A stretch of 64,000 nucleotides of DNA from Squalus acanthias (taxonomy: Eukaryota). The notes beneath the pieces were generated by a model. That model made no database searches and was not told the DNA's origin. It was given only the letters and a program-made list of their open reading frames with translations. Below are positions 49,200 through 62,978 of the stretch, one piece after another (within the stretch, counting starts at the first letter, position 1; each line of letters begins with the position of its first letter). Location: NCBI GenBank assembly GCA_030390025.1, contig CM059433.1, forward strand, positions 10,232,001-10,296,000, in the 5' to 3' direction. Made by a program: the position numbers and the translations under genes.

Positions 49200-50485
49200 T
49201 GTAAAAGTTAGTAAGAGCTTTCTTCAACTTAACATCAGCAAGGCCAAAGCTAAACTCGATGACTCCTGCCAGAAATTCCCACGGCTAGCTCCGATCCAAT
49301 CCTGCCCTGGCTGCTCACTCGATCTGAACCTGACAGTTTGCAATCGTGGCATCTTGTTTGACTCTAAGCTTAGCTTCAACCCCTATGTCCTATCCATCAC
49401 TAAGATTGTCTATTTCCACCTCCACCCTGACTTCATTCTCACTGCTGCTGAAATCCTCATCCCCATTTTTGTCATTCCGAGGCTTAACTTCTCCAACACT
49501 CTCTTTGCTGGCCTCCCGAGTTCCATCCTGCATTAACTGCAATTCGTCCAGAGCTTTGTCATCCACATTCTATCCCATACAACATAATACTTTCTAATTG
49601 TTCCTGTCTGTGTCGGCCCTCATTGTCACCCTCTCCTAAACGCGTGGGGCTGGATTTTGATACTGGGGCGGGTTGGGGTCGTGTTATCCACTTTTCGTGT
49701 TATCCACCCGACTGCAGTTGGATGTGGGAGATTGATGCAATTTTCACCTAATTGGGCAATTGAGTTCCAGCATGTGGGAACCCATGACCCAATTAGTGTT
49801 TTGAGTCTGAAAGTCGCCTCTGATGATGTCATCATTGCTGCTGCATTGAAGGGCTTTAGAGGCTGCCTGGCCTTTGCTGTGAGAGGACCTGGATACAAAA
49901 GTCTGGAGAGAGAGAGAGAGAGAGAGAGACATTAACAGCCTATCCCGCCTCTTAAAGGCGGGACGGAGTCGGGACCAGACACAATTTAATGAAAATTGCG
50001 TGGAGGCGGGATGGAGGCGGACTTGTGCCCGCCCGCCAGTTTTCACAATTTTAACCCCCCACACGCCCCCAAACCCACCTCCACAGGTCAATGAAAATCC
50101 AGCCATACCCATTATGTTCAAAATCCTTGTCTTTCTTTGCAAATCTCTCAATGGCCACCGCCACCCACCCCCCCCGCCCCCCGCAACCCTTACCTCTGCA
50201 ATCATCTCCACCCATCTGTTTTCCAGACTCTGCCCTCCTGTACATCCATTCCTCCCTCTGCTCCACCTTTGATGACAGAGCCTTCAGCCACCTTGGCCCC
50301 ATATTCTAGAACTCTATCCCCATATAACTTTTTCCCCTTTTTCAAAAAGACCCCGCAAAACCTGCTTTTTCGACCGTGCCGACATTCACGCGCCCTAACT
50401 CTTCTCCCACCAATGCTCGGCAAGTGTGAAACACTTTGGGAGATGTTACTATGTGAAAGCCACTAAATAAATATAAGTAGTTGTA
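49200..50485 (+). mobile_element. Degraded L2 fragment interrupted by a MITE
   Basis: Reads LFDSKLSFNP.V.SITK..YFHL...PRLNFSN.L.AGLP. It resumes at ~50113 (FKILVFLCKSLNG) and ends in the L2 tail. Confidence 0.6.
49646..50104. mobile_element. Harbinger-type MITE
   Basis: GGGCTGGATTTT...AAAATCCAGCC termini, the same TIR as at 16127. Confidence 0.75.
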
Positions 50486-51300
50486 CAACCTTTCAAATTA
50501 ACTTCGCTCAAATGCAGAAATACGACTGCTCTCGGTGATTTCTCTACTTAAACCCACATCAGTTACTCATTTCCCCTCCCCACATAAACAGGCTGACTTA
50601 ATTTCAAACATAAATATACCCTATTCAGTATTTCAAAAGGACATGGGGCTTATGTGCTAATGTGACTGAATCTGACATCTATTGAACTTCGCCGGGCCTG
50701 AACCAATTTGCCATTTCCTGCGCCTGCTCCGACTGAGATCACACCCATCCAATGGTTTTTCCCCTTTCTTACTTTAGTAGAAGCTGATTGAAGAAGTTTG
50801 GTTGGGAACAGAAGGCTCAGCAGACTACTGTGCGCGCGCAAGCACTGTGTATGGACGTGGTCAAGTGCAGGTTTATCTTTTGCTTCTGTTTAATCAACAT
50901 TTTTTCATGTGGTCTCTGTACGGAGGCCAAGCTATGTTGTAGGAGAAATACCATGTGCGTACGTGTGTGTGTGTGTGTGTGTGAGGGTGGAATGTTAACG
51001 CTGACAGGAAGGTGGGTTTGATTTCTATTACAAGCTGTTTCCTTATTTGGAAAGTTGCCTCTGGTCTAAATGGGACTGTTTATTTTGCTCCTGGCTGCGA
51101 CACTACCAGACTGATTCCAATGTCCAGCTTTGTAATAAAAAATAGAAAATGTCGGAATACATGACAAATCCGTCAGTGTCTGCACAGAGAAAACATCGCT
51201 TAATGTTTCAGATATAACTCTTGGTCAGAATGGAAAACTGAAAGATAAACAAGCCTTTCGGCAGGGTTGAGGGAACAAAAGGAGAAAGGGGAGGAGAAAT

Positions 51301-51413
51301 TCTTTAGATTTGAGGTTAGGATCAGATCAGCCATGATCTTATTGAATGGCGGAGCAGGCTCGAGGGGCTGATTGGCCTACTCCTGCTCCTATTTCTTATG
51401 TTCTTATGTTCTT
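51301..51413 (+). mobile_element. CR1 3' tail
   Basis: Nearly identical to 561-666. Confidence 0.85.
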
Positions 51414-52231
51414 AAGCAACAATGGTGAAGGATGGGAGATCTGGGGGCCATGTGTATAAAATCAATGGATAAGGAGCCAGGTCAGAAGTTAGGAAGTAGA
51501 TCATCTGATCTGCGCTTGGACTGGACACAACGCCTTTCGATCTGATTCTGCTAGGCTCCTCTTAAAATGGGGGCCTGCCCCGGTGTACCTGGCGAAAATG
51601 GGGCAGGAGGGCCCATCAAAATCCTCTCACCTGATGTATGTGGCGGCACCTCCTCGGAGGAGATCCTTGGGCAACATAAAAGGGGATGGATGCGCAGCAT
51701 CAGGGATCTGTGCTCCTTTTCCTCTGCTTTGTGCCCTGGGAACTAACCGTTCACCTCAGCCCCCCGCCGCCACCCCCCCCCCCCCCCCACCCCCCTCACC
51801 CACGCCAAGCCCCCAGGAGCAAAGTAGAGGAAATTCAACCCCTTATAAACTGTTTGATTTACTTTGTTCTTGTGGCAGTGAGACCCCACATATGAGTAAT
51901 CTGCCGGTGGAATTGCCAGCTCTGCTTTGGTGGCATCTGACAGAGAACGGTGTGAGCTGGAAATGGAGTTAGATGCTGGGAGTGGAGGCATAAGGCCAGT
52001 GTATATATCACTGCTTACCCGAAACCAGTGCGGCAATGTAGAAGCACCCGCACACTACGACTATTAATAGTTCCCTTCCGTAAGCCTTTACTATTTATGT
52101 CATTCTGAAAGCCACAACAATGTTGTGCAATACCCCCAATAATGAAGTCGGCTCGTGGCGTGTGGTTCTCACACGTAAACCTCAATGTAAACTTGCGGGA
52201 TCCACTGAGGTCGCTAAAAAATTGTAGCGAG

Positions 52232-52605
52232 AAACATAGAAACATAGAAACATAGGAGCAGGAGTCGGCCATTCGGCCCTTCGAGCCTGCTCCGCCATTC
52301 AATATGATCATGGCTGATCCTCTATCTCAATACCATATTCCCACTCTCTCCCCATACCCCTTGATGTCTTTTGTGTCTAGAAATCGATCTATCTCCTTCT
52401 TAAATATATTCAGTGACTGGGCCTCCACAGCCTTCTGTGGTAAAGAATTCCACAGGTTCACCACCCTCTGAGTGAAGAAATTTCTCCTCATCTCAGTCCT
52501 AAATGTCCTACCCCGTATCCTGAGACTGTGACCCCCCTCGTTGTAGACCCCCCCCCCAGCCAGGGGAAACATCCTCCCTGCATCCAGTCTGTCTAGCCCT
52601 GTCAG
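52232..52605 (-). mobile_element. CR1 3' fragment
   Basis: ORF 52327..52572; very similar to 36556-36925. Confidence 0.9.
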
Positions 52606-52619
52606 TAGTGGGTCCTATA

Positions 52620-52930
52620 ATAAAGACAGAAAATGCTGGAAACACTCAGCAGGTCAGGCAGCATCTGTGGAGAGAGAAACAGAGTTAACGTTTCAGGTCG
52701 ATGGCCTAGCTGTTAGCAATGAACAGCTTTTAAGCAAATACAGAGCCAGGGAAAAGGTTGGGGTGGGGTGTGGGGGCGGGGGCGGGGGTGGGGGGGGGGG
52801 GGCAAGGAAAGAACACAAGGGAACAGTCTGTGATAGGTTGGAACTCTAGCTGCCTGACCTGCTCAGCGCTTCCAGCATTATTTTTTGCTTTTACTTCAGA
52901 TTTTCAGCATCCACGGTATTTAGCATTTGT
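52620..52930. mobile_element. Penelope-type tail fragments in inverted arrangement
   Basis: aaatgctggaaacactcagcaggtcaggcagcatctgtggagagagaaacagagttaacgtttcaggtc, followed by an inverted partial copy at ~52848. Confidence 0.65.
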
Positions 52931-53106
52931 TTTAACGAATCCAGTAAGTTTGCTTTGGGGTTGCTGCCCGCAGTGTGCAGACTGATGTGCCAGAAACCAA
53001 TGACATTAACATGTCACTTAACCCAATATAAGAGCAGCTGAAGAGGAAACTGATCATTCATGATGTGTTCTTTATAGCCTCTGGGAATTTCAAAGAACAC
53101 AATATC

Positions 53107-53885
53107 AACAACAACAACAACTTGTATTTATATAGCGCCTTTAACGTAGTAAAACGTCCCAAGGCGCTGCACGCACATTTTAAGACAAAAAATTTGACAC
53201 CGAGCCACATAAGAAGAAATTAGGGCAGGTGACCAAAAGCTTGGTCAAAGAGGTAGGTTTTAAGGAGCGTCTTAAAGGAGGAAAGAGAGGTAGCGAGGCG
53301 GAGAGGTTTAGGGAGGGAATTCCAGAGCTTAGGGCCTAGGCAACAGAAGGCACGGCCACCAAAGGTTGAGCGATTTATAATCAGGGATGCTCAAGAGGGC
53401 AGAGTTAGAGGAGCGCAGATATCTCGGGGGGGGGGAGGGGGTTGTGGGGCTGAAGGAGGTTACAGAGATAGGAAGGGGCGAGGCCATGGAGGGATTTGAA
53501 AACAAGGATGAGAATTTTGAAATCGAGGCGCTGCTTAACCGGGAGCCAATGTAGGTCAGCGAGCACAGGGGGTGATGGGCGAACGGGACTTGGTGCGAGT
53601 TAGAGAATGGGCAGCCGAGTTTTGGATCACCTCAAGTTTACGCAGGGTGGAATGTGGGAGGCCAGCCAGGAGTGCGTTGGAATAGTCAAGTCTAGAGGTA
53701 ACAAAGGCATGGATGAGGGTTTCAGCAGCGGATGAGCTGAGGCAAGGGCGGAGACGGGCAGTGTTACGGAGGTGGAGGTAGGCGGTCTTTGTTATGCTGC
53801 GGATATGTGGTCGGAAGCTCATTTCAGGGTCAAATATGACACCAAAGTTGCGAACAGTGTGGTTCAGCCTCAGACAGATGTTGAA
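53107..53885 (-). mobile_element. L2 3' fragment
   Basis: ORF 53556..53888 reads VRNFGVIFDPEMSF.PHI..ITKTAY.HLRN.ARLRP. Confidence 0.92.
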
Positions 53886-54137
53886 CAAAGACAGGTGTTA
53901 TTGTCTAAAGTCAAATACATGTGGGTGGTTATCAATCACAATATACTATTTATTATATTATAATTATTATGTATTAAATTTGGTACATGGGCACGTATTT
54001 CATTTAAAATTCATTAAAAGTATCTGCAGTACCTGTTACTCCTGTAATTTAAACAGGAGCTCACCAGTATGGCTGCAAGCTAAGTCGAGACTTCCTAGCG
54101 CCGATGTTTCCTGAATGGCGTTATGGGGGCGGAGCCT

Positions 54138-54490
54138 CTGCCTACATTACAGGAAGGATGGGATTGCACTGGAGAGAACACAGAGGAGATTTACGAGGAT
54201 GTTGCCTGGGCTGGGGAATTTTAGCTATGAGGAACGATTGGATAGGCTGGGGCTTGTTTTCTTTGGAACAGAGGAGGCTGAGGGGAGACCTAATTGAGGT
54301 GTACAAAATTATGAGGGGCCTAGATAGAGTGGATAGGAAGGACCTATTTCCCTTAGCAGAAGGGTCAATAACCAGGGGGCATAGATTTAAAGTAATTGGT
54401 CGGAGGTTTAGAGGGGATTTGAGGGGAAATGTTTTCACCCAGAGGGTGGTGGGGGTCTGGAACTCACTGCCTGAAAGGGTGGTAGAGTCA
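54138..54490 (+). mobile_element. CR1 internal fragment
   Basis: Reads LFSLEQRRLRGDLIEVYKIMRGLDRVD...TRGHRFK. Confidence 0.88.
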
Positions 54491-56137
54491 GAGTTCATCA
54501 GGTCGGCCATGGATTTTGACGCCTATTTATTTTTGAGAAACAATCAAAAAACATTTTGCTGTCTTTGAATAAACCTCTTACAAATTTCTTTCTAAATTCT
54601 TTCACTATAGATGTGCACTCCTCCTCACCCCACACTGCCAGGTTGCAGGACAGTATAATAACATCATGGGAGATTCATTAGTAATGCATTAAAATTGATA
54701 TCGTAGTGCATGTGGACATCACACTCCAGATTGTAGAATAAAATTTTTTTAGAGCAGTGTTGGAAACCACTCAGCCCGTGAAGCTATGTCACATTCCAGA
54801 CAACACGCTGTTGTTGATGCAAAATGGTCTTGAAATGCTGGGTGCTTCTCAACTACAACCTAAAACTAACAGGCACATTCCAATTTGATAGGTTCCCTGA
54901 CAAAACAACAATTAAACTCTGAGTGGCCTCAAACTGTACTTACTGGTGGCAATTAGACGTTCTGGCTCGAAGGGGCAAGTCACCTGAGACGCAACTCCCT
55001 CTTAGCAGCAGGATAATACACGGCATAATACCACCTTCGTGAAACAGCATCACTGATTTAACGTGAGAAACAGCACAGGAAAGGCTTTTAGATTTTCAGC
55101 TGATAAGTTCAAAATGTTACAAGACTGAAGACAAGCCAAACTTACAAATCACAGTGAATCGTCACGGTGCTAAGTCGTTATATACATACAGCGACACATA
55201 CTCTGCACGGGGTCAAACTTTCTGTTATTGTTGATCGGGTGGAGTAGTTATTGCAGTCGCAATGGAATCTACGGGTGACATGCTGTCTCACGAGAGACTT
55301 TGAGCTAAGCTTCAGTGTAGACAAGGTCATGGTCACCGTTCTCTGCAGGTACAACAGTGATTTATCACTGTCAGAATCAGGCAGACAAAGGATGCACAAC
55401 AGGGACAAGCGCTAAGTGACGTCAGACCAAATAATTCAATGGTGCTGCTGCCGCTGCAAGTGAGCAGTAACGGCAAATTTTATGAATTTGTGCTGCCAGT
55501 GTAAAGCTTCACCTGCGCGTATTAGAAATGCAGGATTTTTCTGATCATTAAAACGAAGGGAAGAAAAGTCCTGGAAGAGCCATTGACCTCCATGCCCGAA
55601 CCTTCGATGTGTCGTCATGGCCGGTCAAACTCACCCCAGGATTGCAAATTAGCAAAAAATTATTCCTACACTGCAATGGGAACTTCAAATCACATTCAAA
55701 ACTGGACCAGTTCAGACCGCTGCAGCTAACATATGAGTTTGGACCAAATTAAGAGCAAGATATATATTTCTCAAAAAAAAACTATTTACGTGGTGCAATA
55801 TGTTGCTGAATTTCACGGGTGCTACACGGGCTTCTTGGTAGGGTAGAGGAGTCCGAACCCCTGGAATCATCTAGGAAACGGATCTTAGATAGGAGTACTG
55901 TAGGTTGCAGAATGGATGATCTTGGCAAGGGTGAATGGCCTTCCTCATATGTATCCATCTTCCACCATTTTGGACAGACAGTAACAGAAGTTTATTTGCC
56001 TATACAAACAGATCCCCCATGGTATCGCTCAGAAGATACATTAAAGTGTGACATCTGAAATGTGACAGCTAAAGTGTGACAGAAAGAACATGCAAAACTT
56101 GAACTGCACGCTATACACAAGATTTTTAATATAATGG

Positions 56138-56887
56138 GCCGTATATTCCGATGCCTATGGGTGTGTACGCGCTGTGTACACACCCGTAGGGACATCGGAA
56201 ATGCCGGTTTCAGGAATGCGAAGCGCATGTGCTGAAAACTGGCATTTCCGATCTGTCAAGAATCCTCTTGACAGATCGGACGCCTGCCCTGGAGAAGGGC
56301 CTCTGCGGGCGGATAGTTCCGCTTTCCGGAGAACCTCCGCCCGCAGAAAACCCTTAGAAATCTTACGCTTGGTAAAAGCAGCGTATGGCCTGGTTTTACC
56401 AGCATAAGAGTTGAAAAAAGTTTTTTAAAAATTCACACATTTATAATTTAAAAATACTTTTATAAAAGGTATGTTTATTTTTTAGCCCCATAAAAAACTT
56501 TAATTATTTTTTTTTAATTAAATTTTTGTTTAAAATATTTAATTTATTGTAATTTCAACTCATTTTAAAAATGTGATTTAAAAAAAAAATTATTTAATGC
56601 TTTACAGTGTTTTTGGTGTGATCTCCATTCATATATTTGCCAGGTCTATCTGTCAAGTGTATGAAGGGAGATTCCCTTCTTTGATTGGCTCCCCATGGCC
56701 CACGTGATCCCAGGGATGCTTGCGAACCGCCTGCGCCCCTGGGATACGTGGGCCCGGCGCATTTGGAGTTTGGAGAGGCCCAGGAGCGGAAGTGTCCGGA
56801 CCGCGGGAGCCCTCAGGTAAGTGCATAGATTTTTCCAGATCGGAGGCCTCTGCAAGCAGGAAGCCTCCGATCGGAAAATACGGGCCC
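56138..56887. mobile_element. MITE with GGGCC termini (Harbinger-like) and AT-rich core
   Basis: Termini are GGGCCGTATATTCCGAT and the reverse complement GGGCCCGTATTTTCCGAT. A (T)TCCGATC motif is repeated near both ends. Confidence 0.72.
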
Positions 56888-57125
56888 ATTAGAGATGTTT
56901 CAGAGCCATGTCTGGAAGGGACTTACTGACTTACAGGAGCCTGATTTTATTTTGCTCGGTAGGTGCAGCTGATTTTCTATGAGGGTCTCTTGGATATTAA
57001 TTGGCGATGTTGGATTCTGCGATGATCCGGTGAGTCTCAGCAGCTGTTTCCCCTGGCAGCTATCCGTTCAATTGTCCAATGATCAGGAAGGGCAAGAGGG
57101 TAGTAGAGCTATTTATCGGAGACAA

Positions 57126-57470
57126 TGGCCACGAATTTTATTCTGCTGAGGGGGGCGGGTTTGGAGGCGGGCCTGTCGCGAAAATCGGAGAAATTGGGGG
57201 TGGGGCTGCGAACCCGCCTCCATCCCGCCTCCACGCAACTTTCGGAAATGGCGGGTCAGCCGCTCCCAAACTGTACTGACACCCAACAGCGGGACAGGTT
57301 GTTAAGGCAGTTAACGGGTCGTTAACTGCCTGGTTAATCCTATTTCAAAGGGCTGATCGTATTTTCGTGGTTTTTCAAGATGCTGCCCGCCTTCATCAAA
57401 AACACGCCTGGTTGATGGAGGCCTGTTCATCTCGGACCTCAATAGCTGACAGCTGCTCGAGCAGCTTTAA
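57126..57470. mobile_element. Harbinger-type MITE left-end remnant
   Basis: gagggggcgggtttggaggcggg...cccgcctccatcccgcc...gttaactgcc, as in the 16127 family. Confidence 0.55.
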
Positions 57471-58981
57471 AGCGGTCCTGCAATCTCTCATTCTGTCACA
57501 TGCCACAACTTAGTGGCTTGAGGTTTGGGAGACATTTTGGTGCTCCACTAATATTTGTGAGGTTAGAGTCTGACATCCATCTGCAGCGTCAGCGCCTTGG
57601 AACACCCTCTGGCCACTTTCCACCCATTTAGGATCTATACATGCAGAGCATTCATTTTTCCAATAGTTGGAGGTGGGGGTTTCTGTCTAAGGTAAGAAAA
57701 AACATTAGAATTGTTATGAACAAGGAAAGTTCTTCTTCTGAAGCCACTGAGCTCTGCTGGGGCTACAGTTTCACATTTGCCAGTCACCTTCCAGGACCTC
57801 ACCGTTCGTCATTTTACAGACCACGTAAAACAATGTTGGACCCAGAGGCCAGCTTCAAACCCACATCTTATTCCTTGTATAGACTGACATGAATCTTGTC
57901 ATTCATGTACGAAGTAACACTGGGCGGCCTGCTGGTGGCGCTGTCCAGGGAGAGTATAAATACTCGGGCATGGGCCCAGCTTGCTTAACACATTCCTCAA
58001 CAGGAACTAGTAAAGAACACAACTAGATCTCCATGTTGGAAAACAGTTGATTAAAGCTTTGTTTAACGCTTAGACCAAGTGCCTAGTAGTTTTCTTACAT
58101 CATAGACCACTTCTTTCTACCTCCACAACATTATCGTCATTACCGCTACCTCATCCCCACCCCTGCTGAAATCCTTATCCATGCTTATCTCACCTCTTTG
58201 CTAGATTTCTCCTCCTTTCAAAACCTTCCATCACCATAGACTCCAATTTGCCCAAAACTCAGCCATCTGATCTGAACTAACTCCTTGCTGACCTACATCG
58301 GCTCCCTGCCAGCACCATGTTATCCAATTGCGTGGGGCTATGGTGGAGGGAACAGGGAAATGGAGCTGAGCCCAATCCTGTCCTCAATTGACATTCACAC
58401 GCGCACAGTCTTCGACAAGTCATTGGATAATGATCAAGGGTAGAAAAATTAGCTGAATCACCCCAGCTCTGGGGAACTGAGGCCCATTGTAGAACCTCTG
58501 CCCTGGTTGAAATCAGCGCGGATGGGAAATTGAGTATGGAACCTCCCTGGTCTGGGTGGCTTGGTTGGATTGCCTAAATACAAGAAAATTGGGCAGCCTC
58601 CATTGACAGAGCACGGGCCTCCCCACTTGACTGTTCTGTAATTGCTACGATCCAATGGCCCCAGGTATACACTCATTATCTGAGCTTACAGGGAGATGTC
58701 TCTCCTTTCCTTATCTCAATTTCTCTAATCTGTCCTTCTCCTGTTCATAGTTTTCCCATGCTAACATCTGCCAATAAGAGCAGCTCAGATGCCTGGACAG
58801 AACTGAGACCTTCTGTTAATGATAAAAAGCTCTTTGAATTCTGAACACCATTTCTATGGTCCTATTTCAGTAAATCACCAATTGCCATGGAGTAACCTAT
58901 AGGTCAGCTTTTAAATATTGTTGCTAGACAACAAATTGTTTTTTTTAGTTTATATAAGCCTATTAAAACTAAAAGTATAAA

Positions 58982-59157
58982 GGGACAGATTTTCCTGTCC
59001 CTATGCCTGGGGCTATTGGATCACCTGGACATAGCAAATACAGAACAGTCAGGTGGGGACGCTTGTGCTCTGTTAATGGAGGCTGCCCCATTTTCCTGTA
59101 TTTGCTGTGCCCAGGTGATCTATTTGCCCCCAGGACAAGAACAGGAAAATCCGCCCC
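58982..59157. mobile_element. Short hairpin MITE
   Basis: GGGACAGATTTTCCTGT...ACAGGAAAATCCGCCCC, with inverted arms of ~60 bp. Confidence 0.7.
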
Positions 59158-59199
59158 ATATTCATTTTAATTAACGTCTAGTTTGGTACAACCAAGAAC

Positions 59200-59490
59200 A
59201 AATTGCATTTATATAGCGACTTTAACATAGTAAAACGTCCCAAGATGCTTCACAGGGGTGCAACCAGACCAAAATTGACACTGAGCCAAAGAATGAGATA
59301 TTCGAACATGTGCCTAAAAGCTCGGTTAAAGAGGTAGGTTTTAAGGACCGTCTTAAAGGAGAGAGCGGTGGAGGTGCAGAGAGGATCAGGGAGGGAATTC
59401 CAGAGCTCAGGGCCATCAATGGTGGGACAAAGGAAGTGGGGGATGCACAAGAGGCCACAGTTGGAGGAACGCAGAGTTCTCGGAGGGTTG
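59200..59490 (-). mobile_element. L2 3' fragment
   Basis: L2 tail ttgcatttatatagcg...aaaacgtcccaag. Confidence 0.8.
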
Positions 59491-60722
59491 GAATGTGTTT
59501 TGAGGGAACCTTTCAAATGCAATTCCTTTACACAAAGAGAATTTTCCATTTATAACTCTTGCCTCTACTCACGCCCTCGCAGGGTTAAACAATTTCTGTT
59601 TGTAGGTACTGGATATTTCTAACGTACTCCTCGGCAATCAGCTGCTGCCATTCTAGTCACTCTTGATCTCTGTCTGTGCTTCTCCCTTTCCCCCTTTGTT
59701 TCGGTCAGCCCTGCACAGGGGTTCGACAGCCACACCGCGCCACTTCTAATCAAGGGTTTGCCCCTCAAATGCTGGCTTATTTTTCCCCGACAGATGCTAA
59801 CCCAACAGCTGTATATTTCCAGCATTTTCTGCTTTATTTCAGAATTCCAGCAGTTGCCGTCTTTCTTCCCAACAATACCCATTCTCATCGTACCGTGCAC
59901 ACAAAGACAGGACCAAATCAACTGAACCTATTCGTGAACAGACTGATTTGAATGACTGTAATTGAAGCATACACAACTTGGCTCTGCGATACTCAGAGGA
60001 CATCACTTTCTTAAAGGAGTCCAGCTGCACTCTTTAGAATGCAAGAGCTGGCAGGTCTATTGGAGCTTTTGAATAGAATGGTGAATTTACAAGGGCTTCA
60101 TGGTACAACAAAACAGCAGGCAATGGTCATGTGGTGTGAAGGCAGTGATTATTTGTCTCTCTCCTCAGCCACTAACGAGCTTCTTGAGATGTCACATTCT
60201 TGTTGTCTTTAAACTGGCAGTGAAGTATTGATGGCAACTAGGTGAAAACAAATAAGGCTCATTAGGTTGAGCTTGTGTTAAGATGCCAGAGTCACCACCC
60301 ATAATTAACAGCGTGTTATTCAAATGTCGCTCGACTGTTCACTGAGCATCACATATGAGCTGGCATTTCGAATTCTCGTTTAAAATTGCGGCTAAGAAGT
60401 GTATTCAAATGCTGCTAACAAATGTAAATTCATTGTTCTGCTAATGAGCATAGATGTTATTAAAATTGTGAATGAAATAAAAGGCTAATTTAAAAAGATT
60501 ATGTGGTAGATTTCCCTGGTCCTGCGAATAGAGGGAAATTGGGTATGGAGGAGCAGGAGCTTGTAAGGCAACCAGGCCCGATTTTCTGGTATTCGCTTCA
60601 CCGAGCTGATCCAGTACACCAAGACGCAGGGCCAGGAAGATGTACCAAATTTCTCTTCCCCGGTATTCTCCCCTTGTGGTGATGTGGTACTACGAGCACC
60701 GGTCACTCTCCAATACCTGATT

Positions 60723-60955
60723 CAACAACAACAACAACTTGTATTTATATAGCGCCTTTAACGTAGTAAAACGTCCCAAGGCGCTTCACAGGAGCGTAAT
60801 CGCACAAAAATTGACACCGAGCCACATAAGGAGATATTCCGACAGGTGAGGTAGGTTTAAGGCATGCCTTAAAGGAGGAAAGAGAGTTAGAGAGGCAGAG
60901 AGCTAAAAGGAGGGAATTCCAGAGCTTAGGGCCCAGGCAACTGAAGGCACAGCCT
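60723..60955 (-). mobile_element. L2 3' fragment
   Basis: (CAA)n L2 tail, with a possible short TSD TGATTC on both sides. Confidence 0.85.
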
Positions 60956-61304
60956 TGATTCTGGTTCCTGTAGCCATTCTTCAGATGTGAGTCTAGATAT
61001 TAAAGGGACGATTCTTCTGTGTTCACTTTGCTGGCGGGCAGCCTCGCCCACTGGCTGTGATCTTCTGTCCGTATCGGAAATTCGGGCACAGTTACTTTCC
61101 CCCACAGGTTTCTGTTCATTGTTTTTAGTGGATGGAGAACTGTGGGGGTCGCACACCTGAGCTCCCAATATGAGCAGCCAGGCCAGTGTTATGAATGGAT
61201 GGTACTGGTGGGCACCTCACCCACTAGTCGTGCATGTTGGGAAATTGCAGGTACATTGCATCACCATTCTCTATCCATCACTGGATGGATTGTAGCCGCA
61301 CATC

Positions 61305-61509
61305 TGGGATTTCTCGATATATACAAATGGGGGTGAAGCTCCCTGTGGGATTTCCCGATATACACAAACGGGGGTGAAGCTCCCTGTAGGATTTCCCGAT
61401 ATACACAAATGGTGGTGAAGCTCCCTGTGGGATTTCCCGATATACACAAATGGGGGTGAAGCTCCCTGTGGGATTTCCCGATATACACAAATGGGGGTGA
61501 AGCTTCCTG
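61305..61509. repeat. 41-bp minisatellite, 5 copies
   Basis: Unit tgggatttcccgatatacacaaatgggggtgaagctccctg starts at 61305, 61346, 61387, 61428 and 61469. Confidence 0.95.
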
Positions 61510-61971
61510 CCAGTAGCGCACATTCATAAAATCAGCTATATATTGTCCTTTGCCTCCATTGTTTACTAGGTCCATTGGAGTCTGATTTGGAAAATTGAGG
61601 TTTGATCTTTTGGGCACATGCAGAAGACCAGGGCCTGGATTTTCCTGTGAAGTACTGCCAGTTTTTGGAGCAGTGAACTGAGTAAAAATAGATTCTTAGA
61701 AGCTACCACCTCAAATCCGCCACAAATAAAACTGCACCTGAATTATAATTCCGAAAAGCACCAGTCCCTTTAAGGTCTGCTGGGAGCTTGACCCGCCTCA
61801 TTTAAATGAGGTCAATGAGAAGTGGCTAACCCACCTGACCTATTACCCTCAACATCTGCCCCCCAAAATTCCTGCCACTATATAAATGGCGGCAGGAGCT
61901 GCAGGAAGGTATCCCTGAGGCACATACCACAATGAGGAGGCTGTTTTGTGTGCTGTTACTGAAGGTTGGTG

Positions 61972-62500
61972 TTACATAAATACGGTGGCAATAAGAGCAG
62001 GTCAGAGGCTGGGTATTCTGTGGCAAGTGTCTCACCTCCTGACTCCCCAAAGCCTTTCCACCATCTACAAGGCACAAGTCAGGAGTGTGATGGAATACTC
62101 TCCACTTGCCTGGATGAGTTGCAGCTCCAACAACACTCAAGAAGCTCGACACCATCCAGGACAAAGCAGCCCGCTTGATCGGCACCCCATCCACCACCTT
62201 AAACATTCACTCCCCTCCACCACCGGCGTACCGTGGCTGCAGTGTGTACCATCTACAAGATGCACTGCAGCAACTCGCCAAGGCTTCTTCGGCAGCACCT
62301 CCCAAACCCGTGACCTCTTCCACCTGGGTCAAAATCCTGGAACTCCCTACCTAACAGCACTGTGGGAGTACCTTCACCACACGGACTGCAGCGGTTCAAG
62401 AAGGCGGCTCACCACCACCTTCTCAAGGGCAATTAGGGATGGGCAATAAATGCTGGCCTTGCCAGCGACGCCTACATCCCATAAACTAATTTTAAAAAAC
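61972..62500 (+). mobile_element. Family-B LINE 3' fragment
   Basis: Reads RAGQRLGIL...YKAQVRSVMEYSPLAWMS and has the complete 3' tail. Confidence 0.88.
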
Positions 62501-62661
62501 TTTGCCCGCATATCGATCTCTTAAGTACTTTGGAGGTTCAGTCAAGACGTTTCACTTAGCTCTGGTCAAAACACTGCTTTGCACTGGGGACATGATTTTC
62601 CCAATGGGAATCCCTCTATTCATATGCTATGGGGAGGAAGAGGTTAGATTAGAGACTCTTA

Positions 62662-62931
62662 GGCTGCGAATTTCCCAGTGGAGGCGGGAGAGCTGGTTTC
62701 CGGGTTTCAGTCACGAACGTGGCTGCAGCCACTCTGTCAAAGAGATTTTCCCTTGATTGGCCTTGTTAAGCCCGCCCTGCGGGCTTCCCAGCCAATTAAC
62801 AGGAAGCGGGTCTGATGATGTCATTTGACATTTGACGTCATTTGACGTTTCCTACCCACTGTCAATCTTTGCTATTTTGACAGCGGACCCGCCTCCAAAC
62901 CCACCTTCTGAGCGCCGGCAAATTCGTAGCC
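62662..62931. mobile_element. Harbinger-type MITE (270 bp)
   Basis: TIRs GGCTGCGAATTT/AAATTCGTAGCC (11/12) and a TTA TSD (62659-62661, 62932-62934). Confidence 0.78.
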
Positions 62932-62978
62932 TTAGAGTGAGGCATCACAGAAGGCATTTTTTCCCTACGTGATCATAT

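Noticed and set aside
61305..61509. CRISPR-like array
   Set aside because: The units are contiguous with no unique spacers, there are no cas genes, and the context is vertebrate.
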